A DNA stretch of 64,000 nt, taken from positions 74,589 to 138,588 of the IMG/VR virus record IMGVR_UViG_3300045988_122050; one strand, 5' to 3'. Both the position numbers and the translations under genes were made by a program. Positions 46,457 through 56,094 of the stretch are shown piece by piece. Source of the stretch: a virus. The notes under the pieces are model-generated. The model was not told the origin of the DNA. It was given only the letters and a program-made list of their open reading frames with translations, and ran no database searches. Numbering within the stretch: position 1 is the first letter of the stretch; each line of letters opens with the position of its first letter.

Positions 46457-46882
46457 TTGAAAATGAACAAGCTTTATCAAGACAATGGAATGTATTGTCG
46501 AGCACAAAACCACTGTGATAATAAATGGTTTGTCGGAACATATATCGGTAATGAGTGGTTGTTATTTCAAGGATATGGATCAGAAGAAAAAGATAATGCT
46601 AATATGTACGGATGTCAAATTAAGCCAGAGTCTATCTGTAGATCAACAGGTAGAGAAAATGAGTTTGAATATGATGTGGTGCAATTGATTGATGACGACG
46701 AAGACGCTTACTTGATTATTTATAGTGATGAAGATTTGGCGTGGCAGATGTTATCTATTTATAGTTCTGATATGATCAATTTGGGAGAAATCAAGCCAGA
46801 TCAATATGTCAAACTTGGTAATATTAAAGAAGATGATTCTTGGAGAAAGGAATGGGAAAGACAGAGTGAAGAAAGAAAATAA
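46457..46882 (+). CDS. hypothetical protein
   Basis: ORF. Confidence 0.45.
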   Translation: MKMNKLYQDNGMYCRAQNHCDNKWFVGTYIGNEWLLFQGYGSEEKDNANMYGCQIKPESICRSTGRENEFEYDVVQLIDDDEDAYLIIYSDEDLAWQMLSIYSSDMINLGEIKPDQYVKLGNIKEDDSWRKEWERQSEERK

Positions 46883-47321
46883 TAAAGTGTTTACATACGG
46901 GCAGTTAGAAGAATTAAGAGATAGTTTAGCACTTCCAATGGATGAGGTTGGATCAAATAAGCAAGATCATATACTTCGAAAATATTATAATATATGTAGT
47001 TTACTTGATACGTTTCAACTGACGAAACCACTAGTTGATGAACTAAAATGTCAACCGATTGCAGCGAGATATTTTGTTTTTTCGCTATGGAACGAATTGG
47101 TGAATTCGTGTATTAATGCGTGCGATACATTGACTGTGAACGACATAGAGAATCGAGATTCTGAAAAGCTACTATCTACCAAAACCAATGCGGCACAGTA
47201 CATCCATGTATTAAATGATATGATTTCCGTAAATGATTATACAACAATTCAAGATGAGGCGTTGCAGTTTGCAATTGATGCAATCAAGGAGAAATATAAT
47301 GGAGAAAGAAAAGAAAAGTAA
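46806..47321 (+). CDS. hypothetical protein (true start probably GTG 46884 or ATG 46938)
   Basis: ORF-track start lies inside the previous gene in another frame. Confidence 0.4.
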   Translation: MSNLVILKKMILGERNGKDRVKKENNKVFTYGQLEELRDSLALPMDEVGSNKQDHILRKYYNICSLLDTFQLTKPLVDELKCQPIAARYFVFSLWNELVNSCINACDTLTVNDIENRDSEKLLSTKTNAAQYIHVLNDMISVNDYTTIQDEALQFAIDAIKEKYNGERKEK

Positions 47322-47532
47322 ATTACATACGCCTGAAGAGATTCTAAATGCATTGCATGTAATTCAGGATACATGTGAGTATTATCTTCATGGCAATGAT
47401 GAAGATTGCAAAAAATGCCCATTATGTACAATGACAGGGAGGGCGCCAAGTTGCACGATTAGAGATTCTGATCCTTATGTTTGGGAGATTGATGATGATC
47501 CAGATACTACGTGGCGAGCATTTGAAAAATAG
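47299..47532 (+). CDS. small Cys-rich protein, paralog A
   Basis: ATG 47299 after AAGGAGAAAT; IQDTCEYY..DC..C..C...CP...PYVW. Confidence 0.45.
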   Translation: MEKEKKSKLHTPEEILNALHVIQDTCEYYLHGNDEDCKKCPLCTMTGRAPSCTIRDSDPYVWEIDDDPDTTWRAFEK

Positions 47533-47543
47533 GAGGTGTTTAT

Positions 47544-47780
47544 ATGGATGAGAAAAATTATGGAGAGTATACAGATGAAGAAGTGGCAAAATCATTAAAA
47601 ACAATTCAAGATATTTGTTCGCTTAATAAAGATGATTGTGGTTGTAGCATTAAATGCCCATTTTTAGAACTACAGGATGGAGGAGCTAGACAAATATGCC
47701 CTATCACCTATAATTATCCTGCCGTTTGGAGATTAAACAAATTCCCACCTAAGCAATGGGAACCTTTTTACAAGGGATAA
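47544..47780 (+). CDS. small Cys-rich protein, paralog B
   Basis: IQDICSL..DC.C...CP...PAVW; tandem duplicate of 47299-47532. Confidence 0.45.
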   Translation: MDEKNYGEYTDEEVAKSLKTIQDICSLNKDDCGCSIKCPFLELQDGGARQICPITYNYPAVWRLNKFPPKQWEPFYKG

Positions 47781-47811
47781 ACTACATAAACACAAGTAAA
47801 TAAAGGAGAAA

Positions 47812-48351
47812 ATGTCGTTGAAATTAAATGACGAACAGAGAAAATTAGTAGAACAAAATCATAATTTGATTTACTCTGCTATGACAAAATGCGGTATCCG
47901 CAGACAAGATTTTGATGACTATTATGGATTCGCTGCCATTGGGTTGTGTAAGGCAGCAATTGATTATGATGAATCCAAAGCTAAATCATTCTCTACATAT
48001 GCATATAAATGTATGCAAAAAGAAATTATAGCATATACTCGATGGAGATTTGCAGATAAAAGAGATGAACGACTTACCTTATCGTACAATCAGTTAATGA
48101 ATGATTTAGATGAAGACGAAAAAGAATATTCTTTTTTGTTAGCTGATAAAAAAAATAATGAAAAAAAATTAATTTTCTTTTTGTGTTTTGATGAGCAAAT
48201 GCGAATACTAAATAATAAGGACAGGTTAATTATTAATTTAAAGGCAAAAGGGTATACGAACGAAGAAATAGGAAATACCCTTGGTGTTACATATCAAGCA
48301 ATTCAATATCAATTGAAAAAAATTAAAAATAAATTAATCCCATCCTTATAA
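47812..48351 (+). CDS. sigma-70 family RNA polymerase sigma factor (regions 2 and 4)
   Basis: MSLKLNDEQRKLVEQNHNLIY parallels the 40704 paralog; region-4 HTH YTNEEIGNTLGVTYQAIQYQL. Confidence 0.6.
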   Translation: MSLKLNDEQRKLVEQNHNLIYSAMTKCGIRRQDFDDYYGFAAIGLCKAAIDYDESKAKSFSTYAYKCMQKEIIAYTRWRFADKRDERLTLSYNQLMNDLDEDEKEYSFLLADKKNNEKKLIFFLCFDEQMRILNNKDRLIINLKAKGYTNEEIGNTLGVTYQAIQYQLKKIKNKLIPSL

Positions 48352-48556
48352 TTTCCAAAAAGCTTTTGCTTTTATTATTTTTTTGACGCATTTGTTATAA
48401 ACGTACTAGAACGATTATAACAATGTAAGACGATCAGATACAATTATTTTTGTTCCTGTTGGCTTTGGCAGAGTTGACAGTGGATATAAATTGATGACTT
48501 ATTTACAAACTAAAAACTAACTAAACAAATTTAATAACAGAAAGAGGTAAATTCAT

Positions 48557-49669
48557 TTGGCAGAAAACACAAAATCTAAAAGACTTTTCAACTTACCAGA
48601 AACCAAAGGTACATTTCAGTTAGAAGGATTAATCACTGATTGTGCAAAAGACGACTTTTATAAGGAAAGTAAAACGCAGAAAGGCAAAGATAAACGGACA
48701 TTATCTTTCGGAGTTAAAGTAGAACCTGACGTAAAAGTTGGATGTAAAATTCAGGCATTTGAAAAACCTACAGTATGTTTTATCAAACGAGAGAAAGATG
48801 GTACATACAAAACTAAAAAAATTCCTTGGGCGGATCGTTTTAAATCGACTGAAGAATTAGGACTTGGCGAAGGTTGGGCAATTATTGGTTCAAGAGCAGG
48901 TCTTGAAAAAGAGACCAATGATAAAGAACAGGTTGTTAATAAGAAAGTTGTCTTAGATCCATTTGATTTAACAAAATATACTTCAGAACATATGGCAGAC
49001 AACCAGAGTGTATTCATCAAAGGAGATATTGAATATGGAAGTTTTACTGGGGGAGACGGTACTAAACGTCAGTGGTCAAGAATGTCTCCAACACAGATTA
49101 GTTTAACAAGTAAAGAAATTGATCTTGATGATGAAGAACGTAAAGTAAGATCTGATTTCAAACAGACAATGGTATTCACAAATATCGAACAGGAAAAAGA
49201 AAATGATGTGCCAACAGGACGTTTTATCGTTTATGGAAAGATTATTGGTTATTCATCTGTTGATGACGCTGAATTCTATATGACAAATAAGAAATTAGCA
49301 AAAACTTTTAAGAAAAATGTGAAGCCATATTCATCTATTGAAGTTTGGGGACATATTAAGACAGAAATTCAGACAGAAGAAGTTGAAGTAGAAGATGATG
49401 GATGGGGAGAAGCAGATCCTACAAAGAGAGTCGTAAATTCTGCAAGAAAAGAACTTATTATCACTGGCGCAAGCAAAGACAGTATTGATTCAGAAACATA
49501 CACCAGAGAAGCAATTGATGCAGCGATTGAAGCTATTAAAAAGGCAGAAGCAGCAAGAAGTGATTTCGGTGAGTCTGATGATAAACAGACAAGTAGTTCT
49601 TCTACAGATGATGAATGGGGATCTGGTTTTGATGATTCTTCAGATGATACTGAAGGCGATGTTTGGTAA
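48557..49669 (+). CDS. hypothetical protein with acidic C-terminal tail (possible ssDNA-binding protein)
   Basis: TTG start after AGAAAGAGG; C-terminus DDEWGSGFDDSSDDTEGDVW is SSB-like; first gene of the replication module. Confidence 0.35.
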   Translation: MAENTKSKRLFNLPETKGTFQLEGLITDCAKDDFYKESKTQKGKDKRTLSFGVKVEPDVKVGCKIQAFEKPTVCFIKREKDGTYKTKKIPWADRFKSTEELGLGEGWAIIGSRAGLEKETNDKEQVVNKKVVLDPFDLTKYTSEHMADNQSVFIKGDIEYGSFTGGDGTKRQWSRMSPTQISLTSKEIDLDDEERKVRSDFKQTMVFTNIEQEKENDVPTGRFIVYGKIIGYSSVDDAEFYMTNKKLAKTFKKNVKPYSSIEVWGHIKTEIQTEEVEVEDDGWGEADPTKRVVNSARKELIITGASKDSIDSETYTREAIDAAIEAIKKAEAARSDFGESDDKQTSSSSTDDEWGSGFDDSSDDTEGDVW

Positions 49670-49734
49670 GAGCAATTCTAAATCATTTCACAAATAAATA
49701 ACAAAAACAATATATACATAAAGGAGTTTTACAT

Positions 49735-50922
49735 TTGGCAAAAGCAAGAAAAGCAGCAAAAACACAGAGTAAATTGATGACTATTATTTATGGAGAACCT
49801 TTTACTGGTAAAAGTACACTGGCAATGCAGTTAGCGTATTTTAAACGCCCAGATGGGAAACCTTTCAGAGTCTTATATTTAGATTCTGAATCAGGAAGTA
49901 TTGATGATTATTTACCAGAATTAGAGGAAAATGGTGTAAATCTCGAAAACATTTACATTGTTTACACTCAGAGCTTAGGAGAAGTAAGACATTATATTGA
50001 TACAGTTAAAACAAACGGTGACTTCTACGAGCTTGATGACGATGGAGAAGAAACTGATGATGTAGTTTTAGATGCAGATGGTCTTCCATTTAGAGCTGAT
50101 GCAATTGTTGTAGATGGATCAACAATCTTAAATCTGACTACAAAACAGGGATTGATTGAGTTCTCTAAGAAAAGAAATCGTGTAAAAGCGGATGCTGCAA
50201 ATATGACAGGTGAAGCCAGACTTGTCAAGATTGAAGGTGCAGGTATGGAATTAAAAGATTACCAGACTGTAAACTTCAAAGGTCAGGATTTAATTCTTGA
50301 TTTATTAGCTTCTGGAGCACATTGTGTTGTAACAGCAAGAGAAAAAGATGAAACAGAATCTAAGATGATTGATGGTAAAAGAGAAACTGTTACAACAGGT
50401 CGTAAAATTATTGACGGATTTAAAGGTATGGATTATAACGCCAAAACAGTAATTCGTACATTCGTTGATGATGAAACTGACATGGTTTGTGCACAGATTG
50501 TGAAAGATAGAACACATACATATAAAAAGAATGAAATTGTTGAAGATCCGCAGATGTTAGCATGGCAGAAAGTTATTGACAATTCTGTTGGTAACAAAGA
50601 GTTTACACTTGGTAATGCCCTCACAAAAGCAGTTGATGTTGAACAGAAAATCTATAAGAGAGAAATTCTTGGAGAAGCAGGTAAGCCAGTTTCCGAAGAG
50701 GAAGCAGAAAAAGAAGAATCTGGTGTAACTAATGACGGAGTTTCCAATAATGAAGATTCTGTTGAGGCAGTTAGAAAGCGAATTATTAATATGATTAAAC
50801 AGATGACACCTCCAGAGAAACAGGAGATGAAAGACAAGCTTGTGAAAGAAGGATTACCTACTACAATTACACGAATTAAAGATCTTGGACAGTTGAAAAA
50901 GATTGAGGAAGTTTTATCATAA
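49735..50922 (+). CDS. AAA_24 / Sak4-like RecA-fold ATPase
   Basis: Walker A IIYGEPFTGKST near the N-terminus followed by LYLDSE, as in phage AAA_24 proteins; TTG start. Confidence 0.5.
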   Translation: MAKARKAAKTQSKLMTIIYGEPFTGKSTLAMQLAYFKRPDGKPFRVLYLDSESGSIDDYLPELEENGVNLENIYIVYTQSLGEVRHYIDTVKTNGDFYELDDDGEETDDVVLDADGLPFRADAIVVDGSTILNLTTKQGLIEFSKKRNRVKADAANMTGEARLVKIEGAGMELKDYQTVNFKGQDLILDLLASGAHCVVTAREKDETESKMIDGKRETVTTGRKIIDGFKGMDYNAKTVIRTFVDDETDMVCAQIVKDRTHTYKKNEIVEDPQMLAWQKVIDNSVGNKEFTLGNALTKAVDVEQKIYKREILGEAGKPVSEEEAEKEESGVTNDGVSNNEDSVEAVRKRIINMIKQMTPPEKQEMKDKLVKEGLPTTITRIKDLGQLKKIEEVLS

Positions 50923-50989
50923 AAGGATTTATGTGGCAGCCCTTTTGGGCTGTCTGATCCTTAGATATTAAGTGAGGAGTAACTGTAGT

Positions 50990-51685
50990 ATGGCAGATGT
51001 TTTAACAGTAAAATGTGCTTATTGTAAAGAAGTAATTGAACTTGATTTAGATAAAGTACAAGAGATTGTTAAATATGACAATAGTTATTATCACAAAGAA
51101 TGTTTCCAAAAAATGTGTGAAGCAAAATTATTATCCAAAAATACTAAACATGATAAATGGTTATCTGCATTATCTAAGATTGACGAATATAATCAGAAAG
51201 CACGATTGTTACTTGAACCAAGATTATTAGAAGACAAAGTATATCGGTTTATTCTTGATAATTATAATTACATTGGTTCTGTACCAGCATATGTTTTTAC
51301 AAAATTGAAAAGTATTTACAAAGGTACATATCGTGGTTTGGCGAAACCAATTCCGCCAAGTGACCTTTTAGATATGTGGAAGCGTCAAATGAAATATCTT
51401 AAGAAAAATCGAACATTTTTAATACAAAAAGGAACGATGGATAAAGATAACCCAACACACCAGGTTAATTATGATTTAGCGGTTTTAGTGGGAAAATATG
51501 ATAGTTATTTACGATGGAAAGAGAAACAGAAATTAAATGAAGTAGACAAAAAGAATAATGAAAAATTTGCAAAATCTTTTGTTGAAACAAATAATATCAC
51601 AACTCAGAAAACTGTAGTAACAGCCACGCAAGACGATAACATGGATGACATTTTAAGTGATATTTTTGGTGAGGGACTTGATTGA
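50990..51685 (+). CDS. hypothetical protein with N-terminal Cys/His cluster
   Basis: ATG 50990; CAYCKE...YHKEC. Confidence 0.45.
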   Translation: MADVLTVKCAYCKEVIELDLDKVQEIVKYDNSYYHKECFQKMCEAKLLSKNTKHDKWLSALSKIDEYNQKARLLLEPRLLEDKVYRFILDNYNYIGSVPAYVFTKLKSIYKGTYRGLAKPIPPSDLLDMWKRQMKYLKKNRTFLIQKGTMDKDNPTHQVNYDLAVLVGKYDSYLRWKEKQKLNEVDKKNNEKFAKSFVETNNITTQKTVVTATQDDNMDDILSDIFGEGLD

Positions 51686-53235
51686 CAGAAGAAACAGTGG
51701 AACGTAAAAGTGTAACTAACATTCAGAGTGAAATGATGTTTATCGGTGCTTTGTATAAACAACCAGATTTATATGTTTCTTATGGTGGATATATGAGAAG
51801 CCAGTATGATTTCAGTGATGAGGCATGTAAATTCTTCTATGATATGTTTGAGATTATGTACAAAACATTTACTCAGACGATTGAGGAAGATAAGGTAAAT
51901 ATGTTCATGAGTCAATCAGATGAAAGACTTAGGACATATAAAAGATACAAAGGGTGGAAAACAATTTCATCATGGATGCAGGTTGCAGATTGTGATGATT
52001 TTAAAAAATATTATAATCTCGTTAAGAAATACTCTCTTGTTAGAGAGTATGACAGAAATGGATATCCTGTTCAAAGAATTTTAAACCATAGATTATTTGA
52101 AAAATGGGAAGCAAAAGATATTTATAGAGTGATTCGATCTCAGGCAGATAAAATTAATACTGTTATTAGCGCAGGCGAAGATTCTGTCTTATTGAATAGT
52201 GGTGTTGAATCACAGGTTGAATCATTTTTATCAAAACCAGATTTAGGGATTCCGTTACCTTGGGGGATTCTCAATAAGATGTTCAGAGGGTGTCGACTTG
52301 GAAAGGTAATTTTTAATGGATTCTTAAGTAATGAAGGAAAATCAAGAAATATGATGTTGTTGATCGCATATATCGTATTGGCAATGGATGAGAAATTTTT
52401 ATTACTCAGTAACGAAATGGATGAAGACGATTTGCGAAATTGCTTAGTCGTTACAGTGATCAACAACAAATGTTTTAAAGAGCTTCATGGGGTTGATATT
52501 GAAAAGCCAGAAGAAGAAATAGTTCTTGGTATTTACAGAGACAACAATGGCAATGTGATTGAAAGAAAAACAAATGAAAATGGCGACTTTATTGAAACAG
52601 AAGAGGAGTACAGACATAGAGTAGCTACGACGTCAGATGAGTTTCAAAAAGTTATGCAAGTTGCAAAATGGGTAGATCAGAAACGTCAAGGAAAATTATA
52701 TTTCAAAGATGTTGGCTCTGATTACTCAGATTCGGCATTAGAGTTTGAATTTAGAAAACATCGTATGTTATATGATGTGAAATATTGTGGTTATGACACG
52801 TTAAAAGGTTATCGTATTGATGATTGGCAAACGGTGAAACAGACAGCCACAAAAATTAAAGAGCTTATGAAAGAGATCCATATGTTTTGTTTTTCTGTAT
52901 TCCAGTTAACAGATGACACAGTGTATACAGATATATTCCAACTAAGTAGTAATAATATTGCCAATGCAAAACAGATTAAGCACGTTGCTGATATCTTAAT
53001 GCTTGGTAAAAGATTACATCCTGACGAATATTACAAATATCAGTATATATCAATTAGTGATTGGGGAGAGCCACAGGCGCACGATCTAAAAAAGGACAAG
53101 ACATATTTCTGTATTAAGGTTGATAAAAACCGAGGCGGTAACAAAAATGTTATTCCAATTTTTGAAATCAATTTGGATTTAAATACTTGGGACGAAATAG
53201 GATATGTCATAAAACGAGAGAAAAACGGAGCGTAG
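51682..53235 (+). CDS. DnaB-like replicative helicase (divergent)
   Basis: N-terminus IQSEMMFIGALYKQPDLY resembles the DnaB N-domain; degenerate Walker A FNGFLSNEGKS; TTG start overlapping the upstream stop. Confidence 0.5.
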   Translation: MTEETVERKSVTNIQSEMMFIGALYKQPDLYVSYGGYMRSQYDFSDEACKFFYDMFEIMYKTFTQTIEEDKVNMFMSQSDERLRTYKRYKGWKTISSWMQVADCDDFKKYYNLVKKYSLVREYDRNGYPVQRILNHRLFEKWEAKDIYRVIRSQADKINTVISAGEDSVLLNSGVESQVESFLSKPDLGIPLPWGILNKMFRGCRLGKVIFNGFLSNEGKSRNMMLLIAYIVLAMDEKFLLLSNEMDEDDLRNCLVVTVINNKCFKELHGVDIEKPEEEIVLGIYRDNNGNVIERKTNENGDFIETEEEYRHRVATTSDEFQKVMQVAKWVDQKRQGKLYFKDVGSDYSDSALEFEFRKHRMLYDVKYCGYDTLKGYRIDDWQTVKQTATKIKELMKEIHMFCFSVFQLTDDTVYTDIFQLSSNNIANAKQIKHVADILMLGKRLHPDEYYKYQYISISDWGEPQAHDLKKDKTYFCIKVDKNRGGNKNVIPIFEINLDLNTWDEIGYVIKREKNGA

Positions 53236-53238
53236 GTT

Positions 53239-54267
53239 ATGGATGTAGCACAGCTAAAAGAATATATATACGACAATAATTATGTAGAAAATATTCTGAA
53301 AGATATAGGCTGTCATCATATTAAATATCATTCGTCTGGATATTGGAGCTGTGCAAATAAAGATGGGGATAATGAATCCGCAGTTATTACATATAACAAC
53401 GAAAACCTAAATTGCACAAATTATACAAGAAAAATGACAGCAAAAGAAAGACAGACAGATTTAATTGACTTGGTATGCTTTACAAAAAGTCTGTCTTTCC
53501 CAGACGGTTTAAAATATCTAGCCAATTTGATCGGCATAGATTATTATCATGATTTTAATGAGCAACTGCCAGAAAGTTTGCAGATCACTCAATTGATTCA
53601 TGATATGAAAGAAAATATAGAAACCGAAGAAGATAAACCAGTCAAACCAATTTCAAAACGAATTCTTTCTTATTATAAGGACTATGTTAATGATCTGTTT
53701 TATGAAGATCATATTACTTATTTAACACAGAAAGAATTTAATATTGGCTATGACGAAGATACAAACAGAATTACAATACCTATTTTTTCTGAAATTGGTG
53801 ATTTGGTAGGTGTTAAAGGACGATTGTTCAAGAAAGAGTTAGATAAACATGATTTGAAATATTTATATATTGAGCCATGCGCTAGACAAAGAATCTTATA
53901 CGGATTGAATAAAACTCTACCTTATATAGAAAGGGTTGGAAGAGTATATGTTGCAGAAGCAGAAAAAGCTGTCATGCAGCTATGGTCATATGGATATCAA
54001 AATGTTGTAGCAACTGGCGGCAAGCAAGTTTCAAGACAGCAAATTGATATGTTAACAAGACTCGGAGTTGAAGTAGTATTTATTTTTGACAAAGATGTTG
54101 AGTTAGAAGAGATTCAAAAGCTTGGCGATCGTTTTATTGATGGAGTTCCGATTTCATACATCATGGATAACTCAAAAGAAGGAATCCTTGATGAAAAAGA
54201 ATCACCTACTGATGATCCTAAAAAATGGGAACTATTGTTAAATAACTATTTGTATACACTTAAATAA
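53239..54267 (+). CDS. DnaG-type primase (TOPRIM)
   Basis: TOPRIM motifs VYVAEAEKAVMQLWSYGYQNVVATGG and VVFIFDKD; N-terminal Cys/His cluster. Confidence 0.6.
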   Translation: MDVAQLKEYIYDNNYVENILKDIGCHHIKYHSSGYWSCANKDGDNESAVITYNNENLNCTNYTRKMTAKERQTDLIDLVCFTKSLSFPDGLKYLANLIGIDYYHDFNEQLPESLQITQLIHDMKENIETEEDKPVKPISKRILSYYKDYVNDLFYEDHITYLTQKEFNIGYDEDTNRITIPIFSEIGDLVGVKGRLFKKELDKHDLKYLYIEPCARQRILYGLNKTLPYIERVGRVYVAEAEKAVMQLWSYGYQNVVATGGKQVSRQQIDMLTRLGVEVVFIFDKDVELEEIQKLGDRFIDGVPISYIMDNSKEGILDEKESPTDDPKKWELLLNNYLYTLK

Positions 54268-54334
54268 GAACAGGCAGGTTATACATATAAAATACAAATT
54301 ATATGAAGGTGGCACAAATGATACCTCTAATGTT

Positions 54335-56083
54335 GTGCCAGAAATTTTAAGAAATAGAGGGATTGATGATTATGAAACGTATTTGAACCTTGATGATAGC
54401 GTAATTCAAGATTATGCCGATTTAGAGGGTATCAAAAACGCAGTAAATACAACGATTTTTGCACTTGAAAATGGACATAAAATCGGTATTTTAATTGACG
54501 AGGACGTAGACGGATTTTGCTCAGCTTCAATGGCATACATGTACTTAAATCGTATTAATAATGAACTTTATGACAGCAAGAGTAACATTTGTTACTTATT
54601 GCATAAAAAAGCAAAAGCTCACGGATTAAGTGAAGATATTACTATACCTGAAGACGTAAAACTTTTAATAATCCCAGATGCAGGCACCAACGATGTAACA
54701 CAGTGTGCAGAACTTACAAATCGTGGCGTACAGATTGTAATTCTTGATCACCATGAAAAAGAAGAATCTGAAATTAAAATGCCAGAGGAAGTTGTAATTG
54801 TAAATAACCAGTGCAGTCCACGCTATAAGAACAAAGACTTATGTGGGGCAGGCGTTGTTTATAGATTTTTGCAAGCAATGGATGACGAATTATGGATCAA
54901 TTATGCTGATGATTATTTAGATTTATGTGCATTAGCGAATATCGGTGATGTCATGGATATGAGATCATTTGAGACACGTCGATTAGTGGATAAAGGGATT
55001 CAGAATATTCAGAATAAATGCTTTAAAGCACTAATTCAGGCACAAGATTATTCAATGCATAGTATTGTAAATATCCATAATATTCAATGGTATATTGTTC
55101 CAATTATTAATGGTATGGTGCGGTTCGGCTCTTTAAAAGATAAAGAGTTAGTTTTTAGAGCATTTATCGAAGACTATGAGGTATTTGATTATAAGAAAAG
55201 AGCAACAAAAAACAATCCTGCGGAAGTAATCAAAGAGAACATTTACGATCGTGCTGCTCGATTATGCAAAAATGCCAAAGGCAAACAGGATCGTCAAAAG
55301 AAAAAGATGGTTCCAATTATTATGAAAGAGGCTGAAAAAGATAAAGATAGCAAGATTACTATTCTTGATGTTACAGAAACATTAGATAGCAGTTTAACAG
55401 GATTGGTTGCTATCAAGATCGCTGAAGATATGAACAGACCATGCTTATTATTACGAAAGCATACTAACCCAGAAACAGGATTAGTAGAAATGAGTGGTAG
55501 TGCAAGGAATGTAGATCATAGCCCAATTGATAGTTTGAAAGATGTAATATCCGAGACAAATTCATTTTTATGGGCAAAAGGTCACGCCAATGCATTTGGA
55601 TGTTCGACAGATAATATCTCTGAAGCAATCACAGAATTAAACGACAGACTGAAAGATGTTGAATATGATGCAACTTATAGAGTTGATTTCATCGTAGATG
55701 CTTACAGATTAGACTTTGCGTTACTACAGGAAATGTCTAAGTTAGATGATATTCGTGGGCAGGGTATTGATGATCCGATGATCGCTGTTAAGAATATTAC
55801 ATTAAATAAGGAAGAGATTAATGTTGTTGGTAAGAAAATGGACACAATCCAATTTAAAATTAATGATATTCCATGCGTGATGTTCAAGTGCGATGAGAAG
55901 AATAAAATCTATGATTGGATTATGAACGATTTCTCTGATGAAGGCACAGTTACATTTGAATTAGTAGGAACTGCACAGACTAATATCTTTAACGGAATTA
56001 GACAATATCAAATTGCGGTTGATGATATTAATGTTCTGAGCATCACAACAGATGAAGAATTAGACGAAGATATTTGGGATTGA
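54335..56083 (+). CDS. RecJ-like DHH/DHHA1 ssDNA exonuclease
   Basis: DEDVDG, IIPDAG, ILDHHE, GHANAFG motifs. Confidence 0.6.
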   Translation: MPEILRNRGIDDYETYLNLDDSVIQDYADLEGIKNAVNTTIFALENGHKIGILIDEDVDGFCSASMAYMYLNRINNELYDSKSNICYLLHKKAKAHGLSEDITIPEDVKLLIIPDAGTNDVTQCAELTNRGVQIVILDHHEKEESEIKMPEEVVIVNNQCSPRYKNKDLCGAGVVYRFLQAMDDELWINYADDYLDLCALANIGDVMDMRSFETRRLVDKGIQNIQNKCFKALIQAQDYSMHSIVNIHNIQWYIVPIINGMVRFGSLKDKELVFRAFIEDYEVFDYKKRATKNNPAEVIKENIYDRAARLCKNAKGKQDRQKKKMVPIIMKEAEKDKDSKITILDVTETLDSSLTGLVAIKIAEDMNRPCLLLRKHTNPETGLVEMSGSARNVDHSPIDSLKDVISETNSFLWAKGHANAFGCSTDNISEAITELNDRLKDVEYDATYRVDFIVDAYRLDFALLQEMSKLDDIRGQGIDDPMIAVKNITLNKEEINVVGKKMDTIQFKINDIPCVMFKCDEKNKIYDWIMNDFSDEGTVTFELVGTAQTNIFNGIRQYQIAVDDINVLSITTDEELDEDIWD

Positions 56084-56094
56084 GGTGAAAGTTA

